NCBI GenBank assembly: GCA_014727915.1
Contig: WJMO01000006.1
Span: 256,001 to 320,000 of the forward strand
Reading direction: 5' to 3'
Source: Candidatus Altiarchaeales archaeon
GTDB lineage: Archaea; Altiarchaeota; Altiarchaeia; IMC4; SCGC-AAA252-I15
Length of the DNA stretch: 64,000 bases
In this document: piece after piece, positions 47,110 through 56,751 of the stretch
How the letters are laid out: every line of letters begins with the position of its first letter
How positions within the stretch are numbered: the first letter of the stretch is position 1
Position numbers and translations under genes: made by a program
The notes under the pieces: generated by a model
Databases searched by the model: none
Seen by the model: only the letters and a program-made list of their open reading frames with translations
Told to the model about the DNA's origin: nothing

Positions 47110-48975
47110 TTAAACACCGAACCTTTCCCTCCACATCTGGAACATAAGCAGAGTCCATATTTTCTTGCGGTGGTCTGCTCTGCCTGTGAAGTGCTCGTCG
47201 AGGAGGCCTTGGACGTGGTCGGGGTTGAATATGCCCTCCTCCTCCAGCCTCTCCCTGTCGAATGCCTTCAAAGCCAGCGGTTTGAGGTCTTTCTTCAGCC
47301 ATTCAGCCACGGGTATTCCGAACCCCTTCTTACTCCTGTCCACGATGTCTGCAGGTATACTGTCCCTGAACGCGTCCTTCAATATGGCCTTAGTCGTCAA
47401 GCCCCTGACCTTGTCCCCGTAGGGGATGGAGCACGCGTATTCTATGAAGTAGTGGTCTAGGAAAGGCGACCTGGCCTCCAACGACACTGCCATGCTCGCC
47501 CGGTCCAACTTCGCCAGGATGTCCCCGCCAAGGTAGAACCTGCTGTAGAAGTAGATAAGCCGGCCATCGAAGCCTTCAACCCCGGACCCGGCGAACGCAT
47601 CGTCGATGATGCCATAGGGGTCTTTTGACGTTCTGTTCTTAACATCCGCTGATAGCAGCTTCTCCTGCTCCTCCGGGGTGAAAGAGCCCAGCCAAGCCTG
47701 ATGCCGCCTCAAGCCATCGTATCCGTCCCCGGACACGAACCTCTTCAGCTTGAAGTCGAGGCTTATGTTGCTCGTGGAAACAGGTAATGAATCCGCAAGA
47801 CGCTTCAAAACCCTGCGGACAGGCAGAGGCATGATGCGGTAGTATCTGTGGATCTTTTCCGCCTGGAACGTGGGATAGCCGCAGAACAATTCATCACCGC
47901 CGTCGCCGCCCAACGCGACGGTAACATGCTCCCTCGTATACTTTGAGAGCAGGTATGTTGGTATGACTGAAGCGTCTCCGAATGGCTCGTCCAGGAAGCC
48001 GACCACCTCCTCCAGTATACCCAACATGTCATCCGCCTTGAGGAGGCGCTCATGGTGGTCTGTGCCAAAGTGTTCCGCAACCCTCCGCGCATGATTTGAC
48101 TCGTCGAATGACCTGTCTTCAAAGCCGATTGTGAAGGTCTTGATCCGGTCCGGGGGCACCAGCTCGGACATTAGCGATACTATGATGGATGAGTCAAGGC
48201 CGCCGCTCAGGAAGACACCAAGCGGGACGTCGCTCACAAGCCTCCGCTCAACCGACGACTTCAGCCTTGAGCGGATCCCCTCCAGCTTAGCCGAACGGCG
48301 TTCACCCGAGTCCTCGAATCTCATGCCCCAGTATCGTCCCACCTTGACGTTCCCATCCTCTAAGGTGAGGGTATGGCCTGGAGGCAGCTTCCGAACGCCC
48401 TCGATTATGGAATATGGCGCCGGCACGAATTCGAAGGCGAGGTACATCCGCAGCGCATCCAAGTCGATACTCCTTTCCAATCCGGGGTACTTCAACAGCG
48501 CCTTCAGCTCGGAGGCGAACAGAAACCCGTTTCCAAGGAGACAGTAGTAGAGTGGCTTCTGGCCCATCCGGTCACGGGCAAGCCACAGCCGGTCGTGTCT
48601 GCCATCCCACACGGCGAAGGAGAACATCCCATTCAACATGGTCACACACCCGACATCGTATTCTAGGTAGGAGTTCAACAGAACCTCGGTGTCCGACCCC
48701 GTCTTGAACGTGTGTCCTTTGCCTTCAAGTTCGGCCCGGAGCTCCCGGTAGTTGTATATCTCCCCGTTGTATACGAGCTGTACTTCCCCTGACTCATCAC
48801 TCATGGGCTGGTCCGCTCCCCCGCTGAGGTCTATGACCTTTAGCCTGGTGTGCCCGAGGGACATGCGGTCTGAGACGTATATTCCGGAGCTGTCAGGGCC
48901 CCTGTGAGCCAGTGAACCCCCCATAAGGGAAACGAGTTCCCTGTCCCCCCAGTTGAACCCGCAGATGCCGCACAT
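47110..48975 (-). CDS. asnB: Asparagine synthase (glutamine-hydrolysing) family amidotransferase
   Basis: MCGICG, HRGPD, YNGEIYN, RDRMGQKPLYY, FLSGGLDSS, GDGGDELFCGY, DRASMAVSLEARSPFLDH. Confidence 0.95.
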   Translation of the reverse strand: MCGICGFNWGDRELVSLMGGSLAHRGPDSSGIYVSDRMSLGHTRLKVIDLSGGADQPMSDESGEVQLVYNGEIYNYRELRAELEGKGHTFKTGSDTEVLLNSYLEYDVGCVTMLNGMFSFAVWDGRHDRLWLARDRMGQKPLYYCLLGNGFLFASELKALLKYPGLERSIDLDALRMYLAFEFVPAPYSIIEGVRKLPPGHTLTLEDGNVKVGRYWGMRFEDSGERRSAKLEGIRSRLKSSVERRLVSDVPLGVFLSGGLDSSIIVSLMSELVPPDRIKTFTIGFEDRSFDESNHARRVAEHFGTDHHERLLKADDMLGILEEVVGFLDEPFGDASVIPTYLLSKYTREHVTVALGGDGGDELFCGYPTFQAEKIHRYYRIMPLPVRRVLKRLADSLPVSTSNISLDFKLKRFVSGDGYDGLRRHQAWLGSFTPEEQEKLLSADVKNRTSKDPYGIIDDAFAGSGVEGFDGRLIYFYSRFYLGGDILAKLDRASMAVSLEARSPFLDHYFIEYACSIPYGDKVRGLTTKAILKDAFRDSIPADIVDRSKKGFGIPVAEWLKKDLKPLALKAFDRERLEEEGIFNPDHVQGLLDEHFTGRADHRKKIWTLLMFQMWRERFGV

Positions 48976-48981
48976 TTGAGA

Positions 48982-49911
48982 TCAGTCCAATACTTCCTCT
49001 ACAGAATAGAACTTGAACTTCGACCCTGAGAAGTACGCCCTAATCATTATCTCGCTCAGGAAGCCGAAGATTATCGAGAGCATGCCTGTAATCGTCAGCA
49101 GGATGCCGAGCATCAGGAGCGGGCCCGCCTCCAACCTCCCGATTATCAGCGCCTTGATTATCTGCTCAACGAATATCAGTCCTGCAAGCAGGTACTGTGA
49201 CACTCCGAAATTGCCGAAGAAGTGGAGAGGGCGTGTCGAGTAGTCGCTCCAGAACTTCACGAACAGCAGGTCGAACAACCCGTTGATGAGCCTTCCACTG
49301 GAGTATTTGGTCTTTCCGTGCTCCCGGGGTCGGTGGTTGACCTTGACCTCCCCTAGCTTGAAGCCCTTCCAGGTCAGGAGGGAGGGTATGTAACGGTGCA
49401 TCTCCCCGTACAATTCCAGCTCGGACACGGACTCTCGCGTATACGCGCGGAGGGAGCATCCGCTATCGTGTATCTCCTCCCCGGTGAGGAGCTTCCTCAG
49501 TCTGTTGGCGAAAGCGGAGGGAAGTGTCTTGGACAGGGGATCATGGCGCTGGTGCCTCCAACCGCATACCACGTCATATCCTTCATCCAGCTTTTCCAGT
49601 AGCCGGGGTATGTCCGCAGGGTCGTTCTGCAGGTCCGCGTCCATGCTGACTATCACACTGCCGCTCGCGTGGGTGAACCCCGCGTCTATGGCAGCTGTCT
49701 GTCCGAAGTTGCGCCTGAACTTCACGACCCGCACTTGCTCATGCATCTCAGAAAGACTTTTCAGGGCTTCATATGAGCCGTCGTCTGAGCCGTCGTCTAC
49801 GAATATTATCTCATAGGGGCTGCCCATCGAGTCAAACACCTTTTTAAGCTGGCTGTGGAGGGGCCCTATGCTTTCCACTTCATTGTAGACTGGTATGACG
49901 ACCGACAGCAT
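48982..49911 (-). CDS. GT2 polyprenol/dolichol-phosphate glycosyltransferase (ArnC-like) with C-terminal TMs
   Basis: SVVIPVYNE, VDDGSDD, RNFGQTAA, MDADLQNDP, DSGCSLRAY, GEMHRYIP. The start may instead be 49944. Confidence 0.92.
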   Translation of the reverse strand: MLSVVIPVYNEVESIGPLHSQLKKVFDSMGSPYEIIFVDDGSDDGSYEALKSLSEMHEQVRVVKFRRNFGQTAAIDAGFTHASGSVIVSMDADLQNDPADIPRLLEKLDEGYDVVCGWRHQRHDPLSKTLPSAFANRLRKLLTGEEIHDSGCSLRAYTRESVSELELYGEMHRYIPSLLTWKGFKLGEVKVNHRPREHGKTKYSSGRLINGLFDLLFVKFWSDYSTRPLHFFGNFGVSQYLLAGLIFVEQIIKALIIGRLEAGPLLMLGILLTITGMLSIIFGFLSEIMIRAYFSGSKFKFYSVEEVLD

Positions 49912-50061
49912 ATTGTCCTCTTCCGCGATGGCAACCACCCCCATTAAAGAATGATTTAATAGGAATATACCTTATTAGATAGTATGAGTTACGGTATATA
50001 TGCTGGACCCTCTATTCCTCGTTTTACAGCCTTCAAAGCCGCGATCACATCCTGATGGAAC

Positions 50062-53000
50062 ATGAAAAAGAAGAGAAGAAGCATGCAAGAGAGGATCTCC
50101 CTGTTTTTTCTCGTGCTCGCAGCAGCAGTGACAGCATACTCCCTACTGACCCACCTCAGCACCGAGGACGTTGGGGAGTTCCAGTGGTACTTCTCGGAGA
50201 ACGTGACCTGCAACGCGGACAGCAACCTCGGCCAGCCTGGCTGGGAGGAGATAAACGTGCCGTTCACGAGGCAGGAGTCGGGGAGGAATGTTTGCTTCCT
50301 TGGAGTGTCTCATTCCCTCAAAAGCGGGGACGATCTCAGCCTGGAAGTGAGGGTGGACGACAGCATCCGGGGCGTCTACCTGAACGGGGAGACCGCAAAG
50401 TCCATAAGGACCCAGGGCGGTTGGAGGAAGGTCGTGCTGACGGACAGCCTATTGGACGGGGAGAACAGACTGGTGGTCTCCGGGTATAACATAGCCAAGA
50501 ACGTGGACCTGAACGTCGTCAGGGAAACCCCAAACAACATGGGATGGTTGTGCCTGGGTCTCGTGTTCGCGTTCATATTGACAGCGAAAGACCTTGGCCG
50601 AAAACCAGGCTATCTCCTCTTCGCAGCCGCATTGATAATAGTCATATACCTGTTCCCCGCATTCGGGAGGTACAACTACTGGGGGATAGGGGACTGGAAC
50701 CAGTTCCAGACCTTCTACCAGTCGGCGAAGAACACCATAGTAAAATACCACCAGTTCCCTCTGTGGAACCCGTACATATGCGGGGGCAACGTCCAACTGG
50801 CCTATCCGCAGCCCGGGTTCCTGTCACCCTACCTCATAACGCTTCTCGTCTTCGATGTGGCCCACGGCATCAAGATAAACCTAGCCCTCTACTTCATAAC
50901 CGGCGTAATAGGCTGCTACCTCCTCTCCAGGAAGATGGGGTTGGGCGCCTATTCGACACTCCTGTTCTCCATGACCTTCGTGTTGAGCGGGTACTTCGCC
51001 CACCGCATAAACCAGGGGCACGTGCCCACGCTGATAATCGTCTACCTGCCCTTGATCGTGTACCTTTACTGGAAGACACTGGAGGACTTCAAATACGCCC
51101 CGCTTATGGCGGTGGTGGTCGCCCTCTACGTACTAGAGGCCCACCCGTTCCTCACCACGTTGGTGATGATGTTCCTCGTTTTCTACAGCGTCTTCCTCTC
51201 TGGGACGACCGCCGTGTCCATAACGTTGCGCGGGGAGAAGAGGAGGGCCAGGTCCTGGGCCAAGTACTTGCCTGCCGCGAAGCCGCTTACTGTCGCGGTG
51301 GCCGTGTCCCTGCTCGCAGCCATGCTAGTGGGTTTCAAGGTGGTTCCAGGGTTGGATTTCGCACATGACAACCCGAGGATGGTTTCGGACGACACCGGAT
51401 TCAACAGGGGGCTTTTGAAGGATGCGCTGCTGTTGGGTAAGAAGTCAGAGAACCGGCACTCCTGGGGTTGGCACGAGTACAACGGCTACATAGGGGTGGT
51501 CCCGCTGATTCTCGCCGTTTTGGGAATGCTATTGTCTCTGAGGAAGCCCAAACTTCTCGCTTTGATGATGTTTCTCGCGTTCATAACGATGTACTCCTTC
51601 AACGAGTACTCTCCGGTGAACCTGTGGGAGCTTTTCCACAAGCTGCCGTTGTTCAGCTCCCAGCACCTTCCCATGCGCTCCATAGCGTACATAACATTCA
51701 TACTCTCTTTTTTCGCGGGGTTGGGTTTGGACAGGATAGAGAGGGCCAACTCCCACCTGGCAAAGCTCGTTCTGGTCTTTGTCGTCGTCAACCTTTTCAC
51801 CGTTAACACAAACCTCATAGAGGGGACGTTCAGGTACACGCCGAGGATGGACTATGAGAGCTCTATCGGAGCCTTCCACCAGGCGGAGGACGTGGACGAC
51901 CGCGGAAGCCCCTCGGACAACATGTACTCCTTCGTGCTCCAGGACGTTGGGGTCACAAACTGCTACGCACCGGGGGGTTTGAACAACCATGCAACGCCCG
52001 TTCAGAGGGCTAACTACAGGGGGGAGGCTTATCTCATGGGCGGAAGCGGAAGCGCTCGGGTGTTTGCGTTCTCCCCCAACCAGGTGGACGTCATCGTGGA
52101 CACTCCGGCCCCGAACGTGGTGGTGATAAACCAGAACTACTATGAGGGCTGGTCCGCCGACGGCATAGCCGCGGAGAACACTAGGGGGCTGGTGTCTGCG
52201 AGGGTGGACGCCGGGAAGAAGATGGTGTCATTCTCCTACGAGCCTCCAGGGCTCAAATTGGGGGTGGCCCTCTCCCTGTTGGGCCTACTGTTATCTGCGA
52301 TCATCTACAGGGGCGAGCACAGGAAGATGATAGCCCGGGCTGAATGCTTCGTAAAAGAGCACCTTTTGGATTCGAAGCCTTTCAGGGGCATGGTGTTGGG
52401 GGTGCTGCTGGCTGCGGCCGTCCTATCGACGAACTTCATGGTCGGGGAGGTTATGCAACCCGACGACGTTTGGACGTTCTATACGGGCGGGGATGTTGAC
52501 GGATGGTACGAGCTCGGATTCGACGAGGCCGGGTGGGAGAGGCGGGGCCTTCCCTTCGAAGAGGATAACATAGGGCAGATACTCGCAAGGGGCACCGTCT
52601 ACGTGAGGGATGTGGAAAAGGCCTACGTGGAAATCGTGGGGGACGACTGCATCAGCGAATTCTACATAAACGAGAGGAAGGCCTATGAGACGAGGAGCTG
52701 CGGGCACATGACGCACTGCAACGGAAAGAGGTTCGACCTGAGAAGGCACGTGCAGCCGGGAGCCAACAAGTTCGCATTGAAGATACTGAACAGCGGAGGA
52801 GGCCCGGGACGGTTCAACATCAGATGGGAGGACAGGAGCCTGCGGACCAGGCTGTTCAGGGTTGACAGCCTCCCGTATACTCTGCTTTTACTATCACTTC
52901 TGTGGATCGCGTTCATCCACAGGGAGAAGCCCATGGAGTACCTCGCCAGGAAGGCTAGCAATGCTGTGAAAGCCTCTAAGAGGAGGAAGAGGAGGAAAAA

Positions 53001-55173
53001 GACGGTTGACAGCGTCAGAGATTTCAGGAAGGTAGTCTACGCACTGCTCTTAATATCCCTGATATCATCGGCCTATTTCGGTTTTGAGGCCCTAAACTCT
53101 TCGGATATAAGAGGTTCCTGGAGGTTCCAAACGGGAGCGGAGCCGAAGGGGTGGTACACTGAGGATTTTGAGGACGGGGCGTGGACTGCCGGGGAGCCGG
53201 AGTTCAGGAGAAGCCAGATATCACATATGCTGGTGAGGGGAGAGGTCAGGATAGACAGGGTGAAGGACGCGGTGGCGAGCATCGTGGGGGACGACTGCAT
53301 CAGCGAATTCTACATAAACGACAAGAGGATATTCGAGACGAGGGACTGCGGGCACATGACGCACTGCAACGGAAAGAGGTTCGACCTTACGGAACATGTC
53401 CGCAAGGGAGGTAACACGTTCGCGCTGAAGATACTGAACAGCGGAGGAGGCCCGGGACGGTTCAACATCAGATGGTTGAATAGGAGGAACACAACCCCTG
53501 CAGTGATATCGATGGCATTGTCCGCGATATTGCTACTTCTCATTTTACAGGATATAACCAAGCTGAAGAGAGTTGATGGATACATACGATTAATCGCGGG
53601 TAAGGCTGTCAAAGCCGCGGACAGGATGCTTCCAGTCCTGCTATTGGCCATAATATTGGGTGCGACATTCTTCACGTTGAAGCACGGTAACACCGGCTAC
53701 ATGGACAAGAAGGTGCGGGACGCCGTCATTGTCTCTTCCGCGGTGGCAGGTGTGCTGTTGGGGGCCGTCATTCACCTGAGGGGGGGCGAGGTGATCTCGG
53801 CCCGGACGTTCAAGGCAGTGTGCATCCTGGGAGCATTGTTCTATATGACGTTGCTATTTCTGCCAAGAGGGTTCAACGCGGACGCAGCCATGCAGTCAGT
53901 ATTCGCCTTCGACATACTCAAAGGGGAGAAGCTGACCCACTACAACGCCACGGGATACCTCGAATACCTGACTTTCATCTACCCCCTGCTGCCATTCTAC
54001 GCGTTGCTGGGGCACCAGGAAGTCCTGATAAAGGCGTTGATAGTCGCGTATGAGCTGGTTTTCATAGTCTTCCTCTACAAGCTGGTGAGACTGTGGTATG
54101 GTGTCAATGCCGCCAGGTACGCCGCGTTCTTCGCGCTGTTCTCCGGCGCCATGACCTTCGTGTTCTCACCATACCTGTCACCTGCAACTACGATACCCGT
54201 AATAGCGATATACCTCCTGGAAAGCGGCGGCAGGAAACGTCGCTTCCTCGGGTTCGTCCTGGGCGGAGTCTCATACTATTACTACTATCACATGCCATTC
54301 TACGTGATCCTAGTATATGTGGTGGTAGAGTTCATCTTCAACCCCGGGAGGATTCGGAGGGACTACACCGCATTGGCGGTCGCTGCGCTGATAGTCTTGC
54401 CCGGGTTCCAGGCCACCCTTGCCAACCCCTCCGCGGACAAGACGTTGAACGGCTTCCTTGTGGGAGCTGACACAAGCCACCTGGGATGGCACGAGTACAG
54501 GAAGGACCTGGAGGCCGTGTTCCAGTCCAACTACAAGCTCGCGACCATAAACCCTGTGCTCACAGCCCTAACGGCATTGTCCATCTTATACTTCATCTTC
54601 AAGGCCCTCGAATCAGGTGACAGGGTCAGATTCATATATGAGAACAAGAGTGCCGTTTTCGCGGTTCTCTTCTTCCTGATGCTGTTCCCCGTGCTGTTCT
54701 ACGCCCCGTACGTGCAGCCGAGGGTCTACCGCTTCGCATTGCCGGCGTTCTTCATACTCGCGGGGGTCTTCGTTGGCAAAGTCTCACGCCCGGGAGCGGC
54801 GCGTATCATGCTCGTGTCCCTGCTTGTCATCTACGCGGGAGTGGACGTCTACAACCACTTCGACTATGTGACGAGCAGGAAGTCCATAAGCCCAGGGGAG
54901 TTCGAGTACGGCCTTGGAGAGGCTTCGAGTTATCTGATGATGCAGAACCCCAGGAAAGTGTACGTGGACCATAGGATGGAGCATCAGCTGAGGTTCTACA
55001 GCGGGGATAAACTGCCGGTTAGGGAGGTTAACACGATGGGCAAATGCAGCTACTACGTGTTCTGGAGCAACAACAGGGAGAACACGTTCGACAGGCCCAA
55101 CCGGAAGGTTGTGAAGACCATCGACTACCCGTGGGGGGAGCCGGCCATAAGGATACACAGGGAGTGTGGTTGA
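50062..55173 (+). CDS. 1703-aa multidomain membrane protein: YfhO-like GT-C, three jelly-roll-like domains, second GT-C unit
   Basis: PLWNPYICGG, WHEYNGYIG, NQNYYEGW, FSYEPP (YfhO-like); duplicated IVGDDCISEFYIN..CGHMTHCNG domain; C-terminal NADAAMQ TM block. Confidence 0.8.
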   Translation: MKKKRRSMQERISLFFLVLAAAVTAYSLLTHLSTEDVGEFQWYFSENVTCNADSNLGQPGWEEINVPFTRQESGRNVCFLGVSHSLKSGDDLSLEVRVDDSIRGVYLNGETAKSIRTQGGWRKVVLTDSLLDGENRLVVSGYNIAKNVDLNVVRETPNNMGWLCLGLVFAFILTAKDLGRKPGYLLFAAALIIVIYLFPAFGRYNYWGIGDWNQFQTFYQSAKNTIVKYHQFPLWNPYICGGNVQLAYPQPGFLSPYLITLLVFDVAHGIKINLALYFITGVIGCYLLSRKMGLGAYSTLLFSMTFVLSGYFAHRINQGHVPTLIIVYLPLIVYLYWKTLEDFKYAPLMAVVVALYVLEAHPFLTTLVMMFLVFYSVFLSGTTAVSITLRGEKRRARSWAKYLPAAKPLTVAVAVSLLAAMLVGFKVVPGLDFAHDNPRMVSDDTGFNRGLLKDALLLGKKSENRHSWGWHEYNGYIGVVPLILAVLGMLLSLRKPKLLALMMFLAFITMYSFNEYSPVNLWELFHKLPLFSSQHLPMRSIAYITFILSFFAGLGLDRIERANSHLAKLVLVFVVVNLFTVNTNLIEGTFRYTPRMDYESSIGAFHQAEDVDDRGSPSDNMYSFVLQDVGVTNCYAPGGLNNHATPVQRANYRGEAYLMGGSGSARVFAFSPNQVDVIVDTPAPNVVVINQNYYEGWSADGIAAENTRGLVSARVDAGKKMVSFSYEPPGLKLGVALSLLGLLLSAIIYRGEHRKMIARAECFVKEHLLDSKPFRGMVLGVLLAAAVLSTNFMVGEVMQPDDVWTFYTGGDVDGWYELGFDEAGWERRGLPFEEDNIGQILARGTVYVRDVEKAYVEIVGDDCISEFYINERKAYETRSCGHMTHCNGKRFDLRRHVQPGANKFALKILNSGGGPGRFNIRWEDRSLRTRLFRVDSLPYTLLLLSLLWIAFIHREKPMEYLARKASNAVKASKRRKRRKKTVDSVRDFRKVVYALLLISLISSAYFGFEALNSSDIRGSWRFQTGAEPKGWYTEDFEDGAWTAGEPEFRRSQISHMLVRGEVRIDRVKDAVASIVGDDCISEFYINDKRIFETRDCGHMTHCNGKRFDLTEHVRKGGNTFALKILNSGGGPGRFNIRWLNRRNTTPAVISMALSAILLLLILQDITKLKRVDGYIRLIAGKAVKAADRMLPVLLLAIILGATFFTLKHGNTGYMDKKVRDAVIVSSAVAGVLLGAVIHLRGGEVISARTFKAVCILGALFYMTLLFLPRGFNADAAMQSVFAFDILKGEKLTHYNATGYLEYLTFIYPLLPFYALLGHQEVLIKALIVAYELVFIVFLYKLVRLWYGVNAARYAAFFALFSGAMTFVFSPYLSPATTIPVIAIYLLESGGRKRRFLGFVLGGVSYYYYYHMPFYVILVYVVVEFIFNPGRIRRDYTALAVAALIVLPGFQATLANPSADKTLNGFLVGADTSHLGWHEYRKDLEAVFQSNYKLATINPVLTALTALSILYFIFKALESGDRVRFIYENKSAVFAVLFFLMLFPVLFYAPYVQPRVYRFALPAFFILAGVFVGKVSRPGAARIMLVSLLVIYAGVDVYNHFDYVTSRKSISPGEFEYGLGEASSYLMMQNPRKVYVDHRMEHQLRFYSGDKLPVREVNTMGKCSYYVFWSNNRENTFDRPNRKVVKTIDYPWGEPAIRIHRECG
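52633..53475 (+). repeat. Intragenic direct repeat (648-bp offset) with three identical blocks
   Basis: 52633-52673 = 53281-53321 (41 bp); 52698-52739 = 53346-53387 (42 bp); 52778-52827 = 53426-53475 (50 bp). Confidence 0.92.
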
Positions 55174-55175
55174 AG

Positions 55176-55997
55176 ATGAGGGGGAAGACGTATGCGTTCG
55201 GCAAGAACTGGAAGGACTTCGTGGACAACCACTTGGACGATAGCAGGGTCGAGGAGGCTGTGAAGTCCCTCTCAGGCTTCATAGGCGGTGAGAACATTGG
55301 CGGAAGGTTCCTGGACATAGGATGCGGCAGCGGGCTCTTCTCGCTGGCAGCATACCGTCTGGGGTTCAACGAAGTCGTCAGCTTCGACGTGGACCCCCAC
55401 TCCGTCGCATGCTGCAAGTACCTCAGGGAGAGGGAAGACAACCCGGAGGGTTGGAGTGTCATGGAAGGCTCCATATTGGATGAGGAGTTCGTGGGGGGGC
55501 TGGAGTCGTTCGACCTGGTCTACTCATGGGGTGTGCTGCATCACACGGGGGACATGTGGAGGGCGATGGGTAACTCGTGCAAGCTCGTGAAGGACGGTGG
55601 CCTGCTCTACATAGCGATATACAACAAGACAGGCAATTGGGGCTTCCACGGCGACGGACGCTTCGGGCCTTCTAAATTCTGGGAACGGGAGAAGAGGCTC
55701 TACACCAGCATGCCATCCCCCATCCAGAAGATGATAGACTATGCCGTGATGGCGGGGCTGGCATTCACTTATGTCCTAAGCCTGAAGAACCCGCTGAGGG
55801 AGATAAAAGAGCATAGGAGGTACAGGGGCATGTCCTGGTCGGTCGACATAAGGGACTGGCTGGGAGGATACCCATACGAGTACGCCACCGCAGAGGAAGT
55901 GAACAGGTTCGTTGAAGACCGGGGTTTCGAGACTTTGAAGCAGGCAGTACATGGAGGACTCAGGAACAACGAATTCCTGTGCAGAAAACTCAAATAG
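55176..55997 (+). CDS. Class I SAM-dependent methyltransferase
   Basis: AFGKNW, FLDIGCGSGLFS, FDLVYSWGVLHHTG, DWLGGYPYEYA. Start placed at ATG 55176. Confidence 0.9.
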   Translation: MRGKTYAFGKNWKDFVDNHLDDSRVEEAVKSLSGFIGGENIGGRFLDIGCGSGLFSLAAYRLGFNEVVSFDVDPHSVACCKYLREREDNPEGWSVMEGSILDEEFVGGLESFDLVYSWGVLHHTGDMWRAMGNSCKLVKDGGLLYIAIYNKTGNWGFHGDGRFGPSKFWEREKRLYTSMPSPIQKMIDYAVMAGLAFTYVLSLKNPLREIKEHRRYRGMSWSVDIRDWLGGYPYEYATAEEVNRFVEDRGFETLKQAVHGGLRNNEFLCRKLK

Positions 55998-56046
55998 TTT
56001 GTAGAAAATTATAAATAATTTAAAAGAGACCGTATATTCTTTTAAA

Positions 56047-56751
56047 ATGGATGGTTACACAGTTCTCATACCGGTCTACAACGAGGAGGACATACTGGAG
56101 GATAACATCAGAAAGCTTATGGAGTACCTGGACGACCACATGCCAGGCTATCGGATAATCGTCTGCAGCAACGGGTCCACAGACCGTACGGACGAGATAG
56201 GGTCGGGTATAGACGATCCGAGGGTAAGCTTCATCTCCATACCAGAGCGGGGTGTTGGACGGGCTTTCAAGAGGATGGTCCTAGAGGCTGAGACTGATAA
56301 GCTCGTATCCATCGACGTTGATCTAACAAGCGATTTGAGGTTCATACCGGAGTGCGTGCGGCTCCTGGACGAGAACAGCATAGTGATAGGGTCGAAGAGG
56401 AAGGGAGAGCAGGAGCGGCAGCCGCACCGAACCCTCATAAGCAACGTTTTCATAAAGTTGGTGAAGGTGCTTCTGGGATTGAAGTACAGCGACTACAGCA
56501 TCGGCACCAAGGGGTGGAGGAAGTCAGCTATCTCCGAATACGTCGGGGGAATAGACCACGGATCGTCCTATGTTATAGAGCTGACATACTATGTGGAAGT
56601 GGGCGGCGGCGTGATAGCTGAGGTCCCGGTCTTCTGCTCGGACACCCGGGGAAGCAAGTTCAACATAGTAAATGAGATTTTCTACAGGCTCTACAATCTG
56701 CTGAGGTTGTGGGCCAGGGTAAAGCTGGTCAGAGGGCGAAGAACCTCTTGA
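56047..56751 (+). CDS. GT2 glycosyltransferase (Dol-P-sugar synthase-like)
   Basis: VLIPVYNEE, SNGSTDRT, IDVDL, IGSKR, GSKF. Confidence 0.88.
   Translation: MDGYTVLIPVYNEEDILEDNIRKLMEYLDDHMPGYRIIVCSNGSTDRTDEIGSGIDDPRVSFISIPERGVGRAFKRMVLEAETDKLVSIDVDLTSDLRFIPECVRLLDENSIVIGSKRKGEQERQPHRTLISNVFIKLVKVLLGLKYSDYSIGTKGWRKSAISEYVGGIDHGSSYVIELTYYVEVGGGVIAEVPVFCSDTRGSKFNIVNEIFYRLYNLLRLWARVKLVRGRRTS

Noticed and set aside
47108-47302. N-terminal 65 aa of the 808-aa ORF
   Set aside because: It overlaps the asnB 3' end; ATG 47107 fits the operon spacing.
49984-50061. In-frame ATG and TGA upstream of the 1703-aa gene (possible readthrough or selenocysteine)
   Set aside because: The upstream peptide has no recognisable features and there is no SECIS evidence; ATG 50062 gives a normal N-terminus.
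52633-53475. Possible DGR template/variable repeat pair
   Set aside because: The differences are not confined to adenines, both copies are in-frame coding, and there is no reverse transcriptase in the window.
52633-53475. Possible CRISPR-like repeat-spacer pattern
   Set aside because: The three blocks differ from each other and occur only twice each, inside a CDS; no cas genes are present.
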